From the NCBI GenBank assembly GCA_965250285.1, contig OZ252299.1, positions 960,001 through 1,024,000 of the forward strand: a DNA stretch of 64,000 bases, in the 5' to 3' direction. The notes beneath the pieces are model-generated. The model saw only the letters and a program-made list of their open reading frames with translations, was not told the DNA's origin and searched no databases. The stretch comes from Myxococcota bacterium. Lineage in GTDB: Bacteria; Myxococcota_A; UBA9160; UBA4427. Position numbers and translations under genes: made by a program. Positions 27,946 through 39,179 of this stretch are shown piece by piece (the first letter of the stretch is position 1; each line of letters starts with the position of its first letter).

Positions 27946-29169
27946 TCAGTCGTCGAGCACCGAGATCTCGACTCGGCGGTTCTTCTGGCGGCCCGCATCG
28001 GTGTCGTTGGGTGCCGCCGGCCGGGCCGGTCCGAACGCGCGCGTCTTGAGCCGGTCGGGGGCGATGCCCCGCTCGACCAGCCAGCTTCGCACGGCCTCTG
28101 CGCGGCGCTGTGAGAGCGCCAGGTTGTAGTCGGCGGTGCCGACGTTGTCGGTGTGGCCGTCGATCCGCACGCGCAGCCGATCGTTCTGCACCAACACCTC
28201 GTAGACGGCGGCGACCGCTGCGGCCCGATCGGGCCGGATCGCATCGCTGTTTCGGTCGAAGACGGTGTCGTCGATGACCCAGCAGCCCCGCTCGTCGACG
28301 TGCGCTCCGACCGGCGTGCGCGCGCAGCGATCGAAACGATCGTCGACGCCGTCGCGGTCGAGGTCGGTCATGCGCCGCTGCTTGGGCGGGGGCGGCGGAG
28401 GCGCCGGGCCGATGTAGATCTCGTTCTGCAGCGCGACGAAGGCCTCCCGCGTGTCGAGGTCATCCATGCGATGAAACGACCCGCAGCCCGAGCGCTCGGC
28501 CATCGGCTCGAGCAAGAGGGGGCCTCGGTCGTCGCTGCCGACCTGAATGGTGTGGATGCAGAGCTCGCCGCTGTGCGCTTCGAGCAGGCGATCGGTCGCC
28601 GCCAGGGCTTCGTCCGGGCCGATGTACTTGCCGTACCGCGTCGGCACACCATCGCTCCAGATGACCAGAGCCGTCTTGTCGTCGACGCCCGAAAGCTGGG
28701 CGGTCAGCTCGTCGAGCCAGCGTGCGATCGGCGTCGCCTGGCCGCGCCAGTCAGTGCGCTGCACCTTGAAGTCGAGGCGAAAGCGATCGAAGCGCTCGAA
28801 GTCGAGGCCCTCGTCGGGCCGGCCGCCGATCACCGAGAGCTTCGACAGATACGTGCCCGGCGGCATGCTCGCGACGAAAGTCCGCACGTGCGCACGCTCG
28901 TTCGGGTAGAGCACCTTGCGGTCGATCGACCCCGACGCGTCGAAGGCGAGGATGCTGCGCTTCGGCACGACGACTTCGCCCGGGCCCGGCTGCACCGGGC
29001 GCATGCGCATCGGCTGCACGATCCCATGCTGCGTCGCGCACCCGACGCTCGAGAGCACGAGGGCGAACGCCAGCGCGATCACGACGGCCCGGCCGACGCG
29101 GGCGGACCCGATGGTGCCCGGGCTTCGATCGGTCGACCCGTGGGCCCGTGCGCTGCGGCGACGCGGCAT
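27946..29169 (-). CDS. Lipoprotein: VWA domain + TSP3-like motif + OmpA C-terminal peptidoglycan-binding domain
   Basis: SVGC lipobox; MIDAS DASGS...T...SDG; DLDRDGVDDRFDRC; GHTD...N..LSQRRA, NRRVE. Confidence 0.9.
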   Translation of the reverse strand: MPRRRSARAHGSTDRSPGTIGSARVGRAVVIALAFALVLSSVGCATQHGIVQPMRMRPVQPGPGEVVVPKRSILAFDASGSIDRKVLYPNERAHVRTFVASMPPGTYLSKLSVIGGRPDEGLDFERFDRFRLDFKVQRTDWRGQATPIARWLDELTAQLSGVDDKTALVIWSDGVPTRYGKYIGPDEALAATDRLLEAHSGELCIHTIQVGSDDRGPLLLEPMAERSGCGSFHRMDDLDTREAFVALQNEIYIGPAPPPPPPKQRRMTDLDRDGVDDRFDRCARTPVGAHVDERGCWVIDDTVFDRNSDAIRPDRAAAVAAVYEVLVQNDRLRVRIDGHTDNVGTADYNLALSQRRAEAVRSWLVERGIAPDRLKTRAFGPARPAAPNDTDAGRQKNRRVEISVLDD

Positions 29170-29405
29170 GGCGGTGGCTCGCTCCCTCGGTTGGCGGCCG
29201 CTCACACTAGCGAATCGACTGCTTCACCCGGTCGGGCACCCCGGCGGCCGAGTGGGCACGGGCAACGGAACCATTGCGCTGCGAGATGCGCCCCAATCGA
29301 AGGGCCCATGCGTGGTATCGTCGGCGCGCCCGGCGGGGAGACGCCGGAGTGCGCTGGGCTCCCCATCGCCGGCGCACGGGCCGGTCCGCTGCGAAGGAAA
29401 CGGGG

Positions 29406-29894
29406 TTGATCATCGAGTCGAAACGTCGAGTGCGCCTCGCCCGCCTGCGCCAGGGGGTGGTTCTCACCGCCGTGGTGATCGCGTGCTTCGCGCTCGGCTG
29501 TGCGACGCCCACCGAACCGAAGAAGGTCTGTCTCGTCTTCAAGCCGACCGAGACGCTCAATCTCTACGACGGACAACCCCATCCGCTCACGGTCTTCATC
29601 TATCCGCTCACGTCCGAAGAGGGGTTCGAGCAGACGCACCCCGACGACCTGCTCGCGGGCGCGCGGCCGGCCGGCGTGCTCGCTCCGCCCGTGCCGTTCA
29701 CCGTCGAGCCAGGTGAGCTCGAGCGCGAGTTTCAGGAGCTCTTCCCCGCGGCGACCGAGCACCTGGGTGTGATCGCCGACTACTACCGCGCGCCGGGCGA
29801 CCCCGAAGGCGTTCGCAGCCGGGTCGTGCCCGCACGTTGCGGCATCTTCAAGCCCGAGATCGAGCTCGACAGCCGCGACATGGTGGCCGACTAG
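29406..29894 (+). CDS. tssJ: TssJ/SciN/VasD-like lipoprotein
   Basis: ALGC lipobox; LNLYDGQPHPLTVFIYPL...F and LGVIADYY match the TssJ pattern. Start uncertain. Confidence 0.65.
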   Translation: MIIESKRRVRLARLRQGVVLTAVVIACFALGCATPTEPKKVCLVFKPTETLNLYDGQPHPLTVFIYPLTSEEGFEQTHPDDLLAGARPAGVLAPPVPFTVEPGELEREFQELFPAATEHLGVIADYYRAPGDPEGVRSRVVPARCGIFKPEIELDSRDMVAD

Positions 29895-29903
29895 CGCCGC
29901 TCC

Positions 29904-30728
29904 CTACCTTGCGCAGTTGGGCCGTCGCCCCGCCGCATGTGCCTGCTGTTCGAGCACACGCGCCGATGCCATGCGCTCCTGCAGCTCGCGAATTCGCGTG
30001 CCGTGCGATGGATGGGTCGACATGAACTCGGGGGGCTGCTCGCCGCCGCGTCCCATATTCTGCCAGAGCAGCACGCTGGCACCCGGATCGAAGCCCGCCG
30101 CGGCCATCAGGTCGAGACCGATCAGGTCGGCTTCGCTCTCGTGGGACCGGCTGTACGGCAGCAGCGCGCCGTACTGCAGGCCGACGCCCAGGGCTGCGAG
30201 CGCCGACTGCTCCTTCGTCGATACGCCGCCGCCCGAGACGGCGACACCCGCGCCCGTCATCACCATCTGCGAGGCTGCGTTCTGCGACATGCGCTCGTTC
30301 GAGTGGTTTGCGAGGACGTGACCGATCTCGTGGCCGACGACGGTGGCGAGCTGATCCTGATTCTCGGCGACGACGAGCAGACCCGTGTGGACGCCGATCT
30401 TCCCGCCCGGCAGGGCGAACGCGTTGGCCGTGGGCTCGTCGAACACGACGATCTCCCAGCTGGCGGGCGCACCGGGCATCGGACCCATCGAGTCGAGGAT
30501 CGCTTCGGCCACGCACGTGACGTAGGCGTTGGCGACGGGATCGGACGAGGCCGGCATGTCCGACTTGATCTGATCGAACGAGGCCACCCCCATCTCGCTC
30601 ATCGTCGCATCGTCGTAGATCAGCAGCTGACGTCGTCCGAGCGGAGACGTGGCGCAGGCGCCCACGGCGAAGGCCACGACGAGCATGCAGGCGAATCGAA
30701 TGGCCCGTGAAGCGGTCGAAGCGTGCAT
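29904..30728 (-). CDS. M48 family metallopeptidase (lipoprotein)
   Basis: VGAC lipobox, ANAFALPGG, HEIGH, YSRSHESEAD, STHP. Confidence 0.93.
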   Translation of the reverse strand: MHASTASRAIRFACMLVVAFAVGACATSPLGRRQLLIYDDATMSEMGVASFDQIKSDMPASSDPVANAYVTCVAEAILDSMGPMPGAPASWEIVVFDEPTANAFALPGGKIGVHTGLLVVAENQDQLATVVGHEIGHVLANHSNERMSQNAASQMVMTGAGVAVSGGGVSTKEQSALAALGVGLQYGALLPYSRSHESEADLIGLDLMAAAGFDPGASVLLWQNMGRGGEQPPEFMSTHPSHGTRIRELQERMASARVLEQQAHAAGRRPNCAR

Positions 30729-30999
30729 CGGGGCTCCGGTTGGGCAGCGGCTGCAGAAGCACAGCCTGCCGAGCGAGTGGGACGCCGATCCAGCCTGGCG
30801 CGTTCCATCGTGCCGGGCCTTCGACCTCGCGCCGAGCGTAGCGATTCGCGGACGCTCGGTCTGCCAACGCGCCGTGCACGAACGCGCACGGGCCGCCGCG
30901 CGGGGTGGTGATATCCTCCGACCGATTCGAACGTGCCGCATCCGCCCTCGTACACGGTGCGCCCCGCCGAGCGTCGGGCACCGCCTTCTGGAGGACCCC

Positions 31000-31800
31000 A
31001 TGGCTCTTCTCGTGCAGCTTGCGCCGCAACGGTTGAGGGGCGACGCAATCGATGATGCAGGCGGCTCGCGCGGCCGGCGCATCGGTGCGCGCATCCTGTG
31101 CGCCGGCCTCGTCGTCGCGGTGCTCTGCCTCATCGCTTCGAGCGGTTCGGCCTGGGCGCGCGATCGTCGCGAGGGCGTCGATCAGATTCGCGTGACGGGT
31201 CAGTCCGAGGTGACGGCGTCGCCCGACCAGGTGTCGGTCGACCTGAGCGTGGTGACCCGCTCCGACTCGGCGAAGACGGCGGCCCAGGACAACGCCCAGC
31301 AGACGAACGCGGTCATCGCGGCCCTACGCGAGTCGTTCGGCGACGCCGCCGTGATCTCGACGACGGGATACACGCTCGCGCCCGAGTTCGAGTACGACAA
31401 GCAGCAGGGGCGACGCAAGCCGGCGGGCTTCTCGGCGCGGAACACGGTCCACGTCGTCCTGAACGACATCAGCCAGGCGGGCCCGTTGATCGATGCAGCG
31501 GTGTCGTCGGGCGCAAACGAAGTGCGTTCGGTGCGCTTCTCGGTCGCCGACACGTCGGCGCTCGAAGAAAAGGCCCTGATCGCGGCGGTCGCTGCGGCGC
31601 GCGCGAAGGCCGAAGCGCTCGCCGGGAGCATGGGGGCGAAGCTCGGTCGCACGGTGCGGGTCGAGGAGCGCGGCGCTGGCCCGAGTCCGATGCCCAACGC
31701 GTTCATGGCCCGCGCCGCGTCCGAGTCGACGCCCGTCGAGCCGGCCGACGTCTACGTCGAGGCGAGCGTCGTACTCTGGGTGGAGCTGACTGGCCAGTGA
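31000..31800 (+). CDS. SIMPL (DUF541) domain protein
   Basis: [28 protein letters not shown], terminal V...W; start uncertain. Confidence 0.88.
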   Translation: MALLVQLAPQRLRGDAIDDAGGSRGRRIGARILCAGLVVAVLCLIASSGSAWARDRREGVDQIRVTGQSEVTASPDQVSVDLSVVTRSDSAKTAAQDNAQQTNAVIAALRESFGDAAVISTTGYTLAPEFEYDKQQGRRKPAGFSARNTVHVVLNDISQAGPLIDAAVSSGANEVRSVRFSVADTSALEEKALIAAVAAARAKAEALAGSMGAKLGRTVRVEERGAGPSPMPNAFMARAASESTPVEPADVYVEASVVLWVELTGQ

Positions 31801-33434
31801 GCCCCGTCGCCGACCCGATCAACGCGGCCGCCGAGGCGGCGCGCAGCGCACTCGTCGCGCGGCGCGCCGAGGCGTTGCGTCTCGACATCGGTGCGCTCTT
31901 CGACGCCGAGCCCGACCGCCTCGAGCGCTTCGTCGTCGACGCGGCCGGTTGGCGCGTCGATCTCTCGAAGCAGCGGGTCGATGCGGCCGGCTTCGAAGCC
32001 CTGACCGGCTGGGCCGAGGCGGCTGGGCTCTCGGCCCGCATCGAGGCGATGTTCGGCGGCGAGGTGATCAACCCCACCGAGGGGCGTGCCGTGCTGCACG
32101 TCGCGCTGCGCACGCCGCGCGGCACGCGCGTTGAGGTGGCTGGGCGCGACGTCGTGCCCGACGTTCACGGTGTACTCGATCGAATGGCTGCCTTCAGCGA
32201 GGGCCTTCGGCGGGGCGAGATTCGGGGCTTCACAGGGAAGGTCATCCGCGACGTCGTCAACATCGGCATCGGCGGGTCGGATCTCGGCCCCGCCATGGCC
32301 GCGCGCGCCCTCTGGGCCGACGCGGGGCAGCCTCTGCAGGCGCACTTCGTCTCGAACGTCGACGGGCACGACTTTGCGCGCGTCACGGCCGACCTCGATC
32401 CGGCGACGACCCTGTTCGTCGTCGTGTCGAAGACGTTCACGACGCGTGAGACGCTGATGAACGCGCACACGGCGCGGGCGTGGTGCATCGATGCACTCGG
32501 CGACGAGGGCGCCGTGGCGTCCCACTTCGCGGCCGTCTCGACCAACCTCGAGGGCGTCGCCGAGTTCGGCATCGACGCCGAGCGCACATTCGGGTTCTGG
32601 GAATGGGTGGGTGGTCGCACGTCGATGATGTCGGCGGCCGGCCTCTCGTTGATGTGCCAGATCGGATCCGACGCGTTCGCCGAGATGCTGGCCGGCGCGC
32701 ACGCGATGGACGTGCACTTCCGGACGACGCCTTTCGACCGCAACGCACCGGCGCTGCTCGCTCTCGTCGGCGCCTGGAACGTGAACGTCCTCGGCTTCAC
32801 GACGCTCGCGGTGTTGCCCTACGCCCAGCGCCTGTCACGGCTGCCGGCCTATCTGCAGCAGCTCGAGATGGAGAGCAACGGCAAGCGCGTGCGGCTCGAC
32901 GGCTCGCCGGTCGAGGGCTCGACGGTACCGGTGCTCTTCGGCGAGCCGGGCACGAATGGGCAACACGCCTTCTATCAGATGCTCCACCAGGGCACCGAGA
33001 TCGTGCCCTGCGACTTCATCGGCTTCGCGCGCTCGGTCGACGGGCTCGACGAACACCACGACGAGCTGATGGCGAACTGCTTCGCTCAGACCGAGGCGCT
33101 CGCCTTCGGCCGCTCACCCGAAGCGCTGCGCGAGGCCGGTGTCGACGAGGCGTTGATCCCGCACCGCACCTTCCCCGGCAATCGCCCGAGCACCACGATG
33201 ATGGCCGAGGCGCTGACCCCGCACGCGCTCGGCGCGCTGATCGCGCTTTATGAGCACAAGGTGTTCGTGCAGGGCGTGCTGTGGGGCGTCAACTCGTACG
33301 ACCAGTGGGGCGTCGAGCTCGGCAAGGCACTCGCGAAGCGCATCGCGCCCGAGCTCGCGGGCGAGGCGCGCGAGCGCCACGACCCCTCGACCACTGCGCT
33401 CATCGACTGGATGCTGCGCCACCGCGACGGCTGA
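31797..33434 (+). CDS. pgi: Glucose-6-phosphate isomerase
   Basis: [47 protein letters not shown]. Confidence 0.97.
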   Translation: MSPVADPINAAAEAARSALVARRAEALRLDIGALFDAEPDRLERFVVDAAGWRVDLSKQRVDAAGFEALTGWAEAAGLSARIEAMFGGEVINPTEGRAVLHVALRTPRGTRVEVAGRDVVPDVHGVLDRMAAFSEGLRRGEIRGFTGKVIRDVVNIGIGGSDLGPAMAARALWADAGQPLQAHFVSNVDGHDFARVTADLDPATTLFVVVSKTFTTRETLMNAHTARAWCIDALGDEGAVASHFAAVSTNLEGVAEFGIDAERTFGFWEWVGGRTSMMSAAGLSLMCQIGSDAFAEMLAGAHAMDVHFRTTPFDRNAPALLALVGAWNVNVLGFTTLAVLPYAQRLSRLPAYLQQLEMESNGKRVRLDGSPVEGSTVPVLFGEPGTNGQHAFYQMLHQGTEIVPCDFIGFARSVDGLDEHHDELMANCFAQTEALAFGRSPEALREAGVDEALIPHRTFPGNRPSTTMMAEALTPHALGALIALYEHKVFVQGVLWGVNSYDQWGVELGKALAKRIAPELAGEARERHDPSTTALIDWMLRHRDG

Positions 33435-33444
33435 ATCGGCGCAC

Positions 33445-34266
33445 TTACACCCGTTCGAGCGCTTCGCCCAGGCGGGCGCCGAACTCGCCTGGCGTGCCGT
33501 CGCCGATCGGCTCGTCGTCGAGCGCGATGCAGGGACGGGCGCCGCGTACGGCGTTGACGGCGACGATCTCGCGCGCGCTGTCGAGCGCCGCCCGGTCGAG
33601 GCGCGCCGGCACCAGCTCGGGAACGCATTCGCAGGCCACCTCGAGCCCGATCCCCGAGACGCCGCCGAGCGCGCGGTCTGCGTAGCAGGGGCGTCCGCCG
33701 TCATCGACGACGATGATGTTCGACCTCGAACCTTCGACGAGCCAGCCGGCGGCGTCGAACATCAGGGCCTCGTCGTAGGGAGAGGCACCGAGCCAGAGCC
33801 GTGTGTCGTCGACGAAGCCCTGGCCCAGCAGCTTCGCGCCGGCGCGCTTCTCGGGCCCGGGATGAACGACCGGCGAGCGGCCGAGCCGCCACACCCGCGG
33901 CTCGTCGCCGAGCGGGCGGGGCACACCGATCAGCCGCGTGCGTCCGTCAGCGTCGCGGCCGAGCTGGAGCCGGACGATGCCATCCCCGCGGCCGAACTCG
34001 GCGCCGGCGAGGCCGGTCAGCGCGTCGGCGACGGCTTCGAGCAAGGGCGCGGTGAGACCGTGCTGGGCGGCGTCGCGCGCGAGACGCGCGGCGTGCCGTT
34101 CGATGCGCGTGGGTTCGCCGCGGCGAACGCGGGTCGTCGTGTAGCAGAGGCCGACTTCGAGCCAGGCGGGGTCGAACGCGTCGTCGTCGAAACGAACGAG
34201 GGCCCCGTCCACCCAGAAGTGAACGGGGCCCTCTGTCACCCGCTGCGAGCGTCGTCCGTCGGTCAC
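33445..34266 (-). CDS. Class IV aminotransferase (PabC/IlvE-like)
   Basis: H..RL, putative PLP lysine in GAKL, DEALM, EGSRSN, NAVRG. Confidence 0.8.
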   Translation of the reverse strand: MTDGRRSQRVTEGPVHFWVDGALVRFDDDAFDPAWLEVGLCYTTTRVRRGEPTRIERHAARLARDAAQHGLTAPLLEAVADALTGLAGAEFGRGDGIVRLQLGRDADGRTRLIGVPRPLGDEPRVWRLGRSPVVHPGPEKRAGAKLLGQGFVDDTRLWLGASPYDEALMFDAAGWLVEGSRSNIIVVDDGGRPCYADRALGGVSGIGLEVACECVPELVPARLDRAALDSAREIVAVNAVRGARPCIALDDEPIGDGTPGEFGARLGEALERV

Positions 34267-34291
34267 GCGGGCATGGCTCGCAGGCGCGGGG

Positions 34292-35581
<1,290 letters not shown>

Positions 35582-35933
35582 GTGCTCACCTCCTTCTGGG
35601 TCTCTTCGTCTTCGTTTCGTCTCTAGTCGCTGTGGCTGTCGCTGTCGCTGTCTGCGTTCGCGCGGACGTCTTCGGGCGTATTGGATCCCGGGCTCGTCTG
35701 TCTCTCTTCGGGCTCTCTTCGGGCTCGGTTCGGGCTCGGGCTCAGCGCCGGGTCGCTTCAGAACCCCGGCTCGGCGCGGATGCGGCGCCCCGCGACGGAC
35801 GGGACCGGGTTCGGCGGTGATCGGCGCCTTGGGCGGCCTCCGAACGAGCCTTCGAACACTAGCCGAGATCGGCCTCTCAGGACAGTCCCCGCACCGTCGG
35901 TTTCTCTCAGAGAATCAGGCACATAGCTCCGTT

Positions 35934-37886
35934 TTAGCCGTCTGTGTCCGGGCCTGCACGCCTCGCTCGCGGAGGACCGTCAACGGCGTCTTCGAGGGGT
36001 CGACGCGCGTCGCCCGAAGGGCGTGTTTGCGTCGAATCCGTGGTCTCGATCACGATCACCGACTGAGCCCGCCGGCCGCTGCGCAGCTCGGCGACCTTGC
36101 GATGCCGCGCGACCGGATCGAGTCGCATCGTCTCGTGGGTGCGGGCAACGACGATGCGTCCGCCCCCACCGACGAATGTTGCGACGGCGTCGGCGTCGGG
36201 AAGGTTCACGATCGCGCGCCGATCGTCGGGGTCAAGCACGCTCAGGTAGTAGTGGAGACCGCCGCGCAGGGCCGGCTGGTCGAAGAGGCCGATGGCCTCG
36301 TCCGCCGAACTCGCCGCGGCGACGACGGCCGCGATCGGGCGCGGTGACTTCTCGGGGTCGATCCGCGGGAGAACGAAGAAGAAGAGCACGGCGTAGATCG
36401 AAGCGACGACGCTCCCCGCGACGACGAGGCCCGGCGGAAGCGAGGTGCGCGCGGCCTCGCCGCGTCGGTCGACGACGAGGGCGGCAAGGACGCCGGCGGC
36501 GGCCACGATCCACACCCCGGCGCGTCCGGCGTCGAACGCTGCGGCGGCGATGGCCGGCTCGGGTCGCAGCGGGCTCGCGAGCGCGGCGGCGGCGGCGAGC
36601 GTCACGCACAGCACGATGGGCAGTGCCGGGCCCTCGAGCAGCCGGCGCCCTGACTCGTTCGTCGACCGGACCCGTTCGATCCAGTTCGCCAGCGCCATGC
36701 ACAACGCCGGAATGGTGGGCAGCAGATAGATTCCGCGCTTGCCGGCTGAGACCGAGAAGAAGACGAAGGGCAGGGCGATCCAGAAGAAGAGCAGACGCTG
36801 CGCGAATCGTGCACCGCCTTCGTCGGGCGCGGTCGTTGCTCGCGGCGAGCGGCGCCGGCGCCAGGCCCACACCCCGGCCACGGGCCAGAGCAGTGACCAC
36901 GGCAGCGCTTCGACCGGAAGCTGACGCACGAAGTACCAGAACGGTTGGACATGCGCGGTGCCCGTCGCGAAGCGCCCCCAGAGATTGTCGACGACGGCGG
37001 CCTCGAAGAAGCCCGGGGGCGCGAGGGCGACGCTGGCCGCGATCCACGCGAGCACCGGAGCGAGGGCGAGGAAGACGCCCCAGAGCGGAAAGAGCGAACG
37101 CGCGTCGCGCAGCCGCCCCTCGCTCCAGACGACGCCGACGAAGCAGGCCCATGGGAGCAGACCCACGGGCCCCTTCGTGAGCAGCGCGAGCGCGGTGGCG
37201 CCGTGCAGCAGCGCCAGGGCGCTGCGGCGTGGGCCCGGGCCCGATGCCTGGCGCCACAGCAGAAAGCCGAGCAGGGCGATGCTCTCGAAGAGTACGAGCA
37301 GGGCGTCCAGCTGCGCGCGGCGCGCAAAGTGGATGAAGCGGAAGCTCGTGAGGAGGAGCGCGGCCGTCATCCAGCCGACGGGCGTACCGGGGTGCAGTCG
37401 GCTTGCGATCGCGATCCAGACGGCGAGGGTCGCGAGCGCGGCGAAGGCCGAAGGCCATCGCGCGCTCGTCTCGCTCACGCCGCCCTCGATCGACCCCAGC
37501 GCGGCGGCGAGCCAGAAGTAGAGCGGCGGCTTCTGCGTGTAGGGCTCGCCGCCGAGTCGGAGCAGCACCAGGTCGGAGGCGCCGCGCTCCATGTCGAGCA
37601 GCTCGTCGGCCACGCGGGCGTAGCGCGGCTCGTCGGGCGCCCAGAGGTCGAGGCCGCCCAGATCGACCGTGATGAGACCGAGGGCGACCAGCGCGAGCGC
37701 GATCCAGGCACCCCGGCCGGGCGGGCCGAGCGGGGGCCGAAGCGAAACCGAGCCGGCGGGCTGCGGGGGCGGCTCGTGGTCGGCGGCCACGTCGGGCGTC
37801 GTTGTGCGCTCGGTGGCGATGGCGGGCTCCCGGCCAGATGGCCGCGTCGGGCTGGCCGCGCGGGTTCGGCCTGCGCGGCGCCGCAC
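35934..37886 (-). CDS. ArnT/PMT-like (GT-C fold) membrane glycosyltransferase
   Basis: PDEPRYA, KPPLYFW, KGPVG, HVQPFWYF, KRGIYLLP; many TM segments. Start uncertain. Confidence 0.9.
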   Translation of the reverse strand: MRRRAGRTRAASPTRPSGREPAIATERTTTPDVAADHEPPPQPAGSVSLRPPLGPPGRGAWIALALVALGLITVDLGGLDLWAPDEPRYARVADELLDMERGASDLVLLRLGGEPYTQKPPLYFWLAAALGSIEGGVSETSARWPSAFAALATLAVWIAIASRLHPGTPVGWMTAALLLTSFRFIHFARRAQLDALLVLFESIALLGFLLWRQASGPGPRRSALALLHGATALALLTKGPVGLLPWACFVGVVWSEGRLRDARSLFPLWGVFLALAPVLAWIAASVALAPPGFFEAAVVDNLWGRFATGTAHVQPFWYFVRQLPVEALPWSLLWPVAGVWAWRRRRSPRATTAPDEGGARFAQRLLFFWIALPFVFFSVSAGKRGIYLLPTIPALCMALANWIERVRSTNESGRRLLEGPALPIVLCVTLAAAAALASPLRPEPAIAAAAFDAGRAGVWIVAAAGVLAALVVDRRGEAARTSLPPGLVVAGSVVASIYAVLFFFVLPRIDPEKSPRPIAAVVAAASSADEAIGLFDQPALRGGLHYYLSVLDPDDRRAIVNLPDADAVATFVGGGGRIVVARTHETMRLDPVARHRKVAELRSGRRAQSVIVIETTDSTQTRPSGDARRPLEDAVDGPPRARRAGPDTDG

Positions 37887-37927
37887 TCGGACGGTACCCT
37901 AAGGGACGAATCGGGAGGCCATCGGTT

Positions 37928-38710
37928 TTGGGGGATCGCGTCATCGGCTCGTCACGCAGCCAGGAACGGCCGGCGACCGAAGCTGCGAACGCTTGGCGTC
38001 CGTGGCTGAGCATCGTCCTGCCCATTCGCGATGAAGCCGGGGCGCTGCCCGCTCTGATGGACGAGCTCGGGAAGATGCTCGACGGCCTGACCGAGTCGGC
38101 CGAGGTCGTGTGCGTCGACGACGGCAGCCGCGACGGCAGTCTCGAGTGGCTGACGGCACGCGCCGAGAGCGAGTCTCGATTGCGGATCGTCGCGCTGGGC
38201 GCGCACCACGGGCAGGCGACCGCGCTCGGCGAGGGGTTCGCCGCGGCGCGGGGCGACGTCATCGCGACGCTCGATGCCGACGGGCAGAACGACCCCGCCG
38301 ACGTGCCGCGCCTGCTCGGTCTGCTGCGCGGTGACGTCGACGTCGTCTGCGGCGTGCGCGCCGAGCGCCACGATGCATGGCGACGGCGCGCCGCATCGCG
38401 GCTCGCGAATGCCGTCCGCAACCGGCTGACCGGCGAGTCGATCACCGACGTCGGCTGCTCGCTGCGGGTGATGCGCGCGCCGTTCGCGCGTCGGGTGGTG
38501 CTCGATGCCGGGCTCCACCGCTTCTTGCCGACGCTGCTTCGCTTCGAGGGCGCGCGCATCGTCGAGACACCGGTGTCGCACCGACCGCGCGAAGCCGGCG
38601 ACTCGAAGTACGGGGTGCTCGATCGCCTGCCGGAGGCGCTGCGTGACCTGTGGCGGGTGCGGCGTCGGTATCTCGCTTGGCGGCGCGCCGAAGGGCGTGC
38701 GTCGCCCTGA
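37928..38710 (+). CDS. GT2 glycosyltransferase (ArnC/DPM1-like)
   Basis: VDDGSRD, TLDADGQNDP, DVGCSL, HRFLP, SKYG; TTG start after GGAGG is uncertain. Confidence 0.9.
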   Translation: MGDRVIGSSRSQERPATEAANAWRPWLSIVLPIRDEAGALPALMDELGKMLDGLTESAEVVCVDDGSRDGSLEWLTARAESESRLRIVALGAHHGQATALGEGFAAARGDVIATLDADGQNDPADVPRLLGLLRGDVDVVCGVRAERHDAWRRRAASRLANAVRNRLTGESITDVGCSLRVMRAPFARRVVLDAGLHRFLPTLLRFEGARIVETPVSHRPREAGDSKYGVLDRLPEALRDLWRVRRRYLAWRRAEGRASP

Positions 38711-38763
38711 CCGGGTGCGCGTCGTTCGGGTGGTTTTGATCGCCCCGGGGACGCTGCCGCGCG

Positions 38764-39141
38764 TTAGCCGCCCGTGCGCTTCACCCGAAAGCCCCGCTTC
38801 TCGAGCTCTGCGACGAGCGTGTCGCGCTGGTCGCCCTGAATCTCGATCACGCCTTCCTTGAGCGTGCCACCCGTGCCGCAGCGGCGCTTGAGCGCCTTGG
38901 CCAGATCGCGCAGCTCGGGCTCGGGCAGCTGCACGCCCTTGACCTCGGTGATCGTCTTGCCGCCCTTGCCCTTCGAGGTGCGTCCCACGCGCACGATGCC
39001 GTCGCCGTCGGCATTCTGCACCGACCGGTCGCCGCGGGGATTGGCTCGGCACACACACTTCTTCTTCGGCAGCCCGCAATGCGCGCAGTGGCGGCCGTGC
39101 TCGCTCGAGTAGACAGTGGCGGAGTTGCGGTCTCGGGGCAT
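38764..39141 (-). CDS. yciH: SUI1-family translation factor YciH
   Basis: VYSSE.G..C..C, KGKGGKTIT, LKRRCGTGG, IEIQGD. Confidence 0.93.
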   Translation of the reverse strand: MPRDRNSATVYSSEHGRHCAHCGLPKKKCVCRANPRGDRSVQNADGDGIVRVGRTSKGKGGKTITEVKGVQLPEPELRDLAKALKRRCGTGGTLKEGVIEIQGDQRDTLVAELEKRGFRVKRTGG

Positions 39142-39179
39142 GACGCGGTCGACCGGCCAGGCCGGCGCTCCTCGACGTT

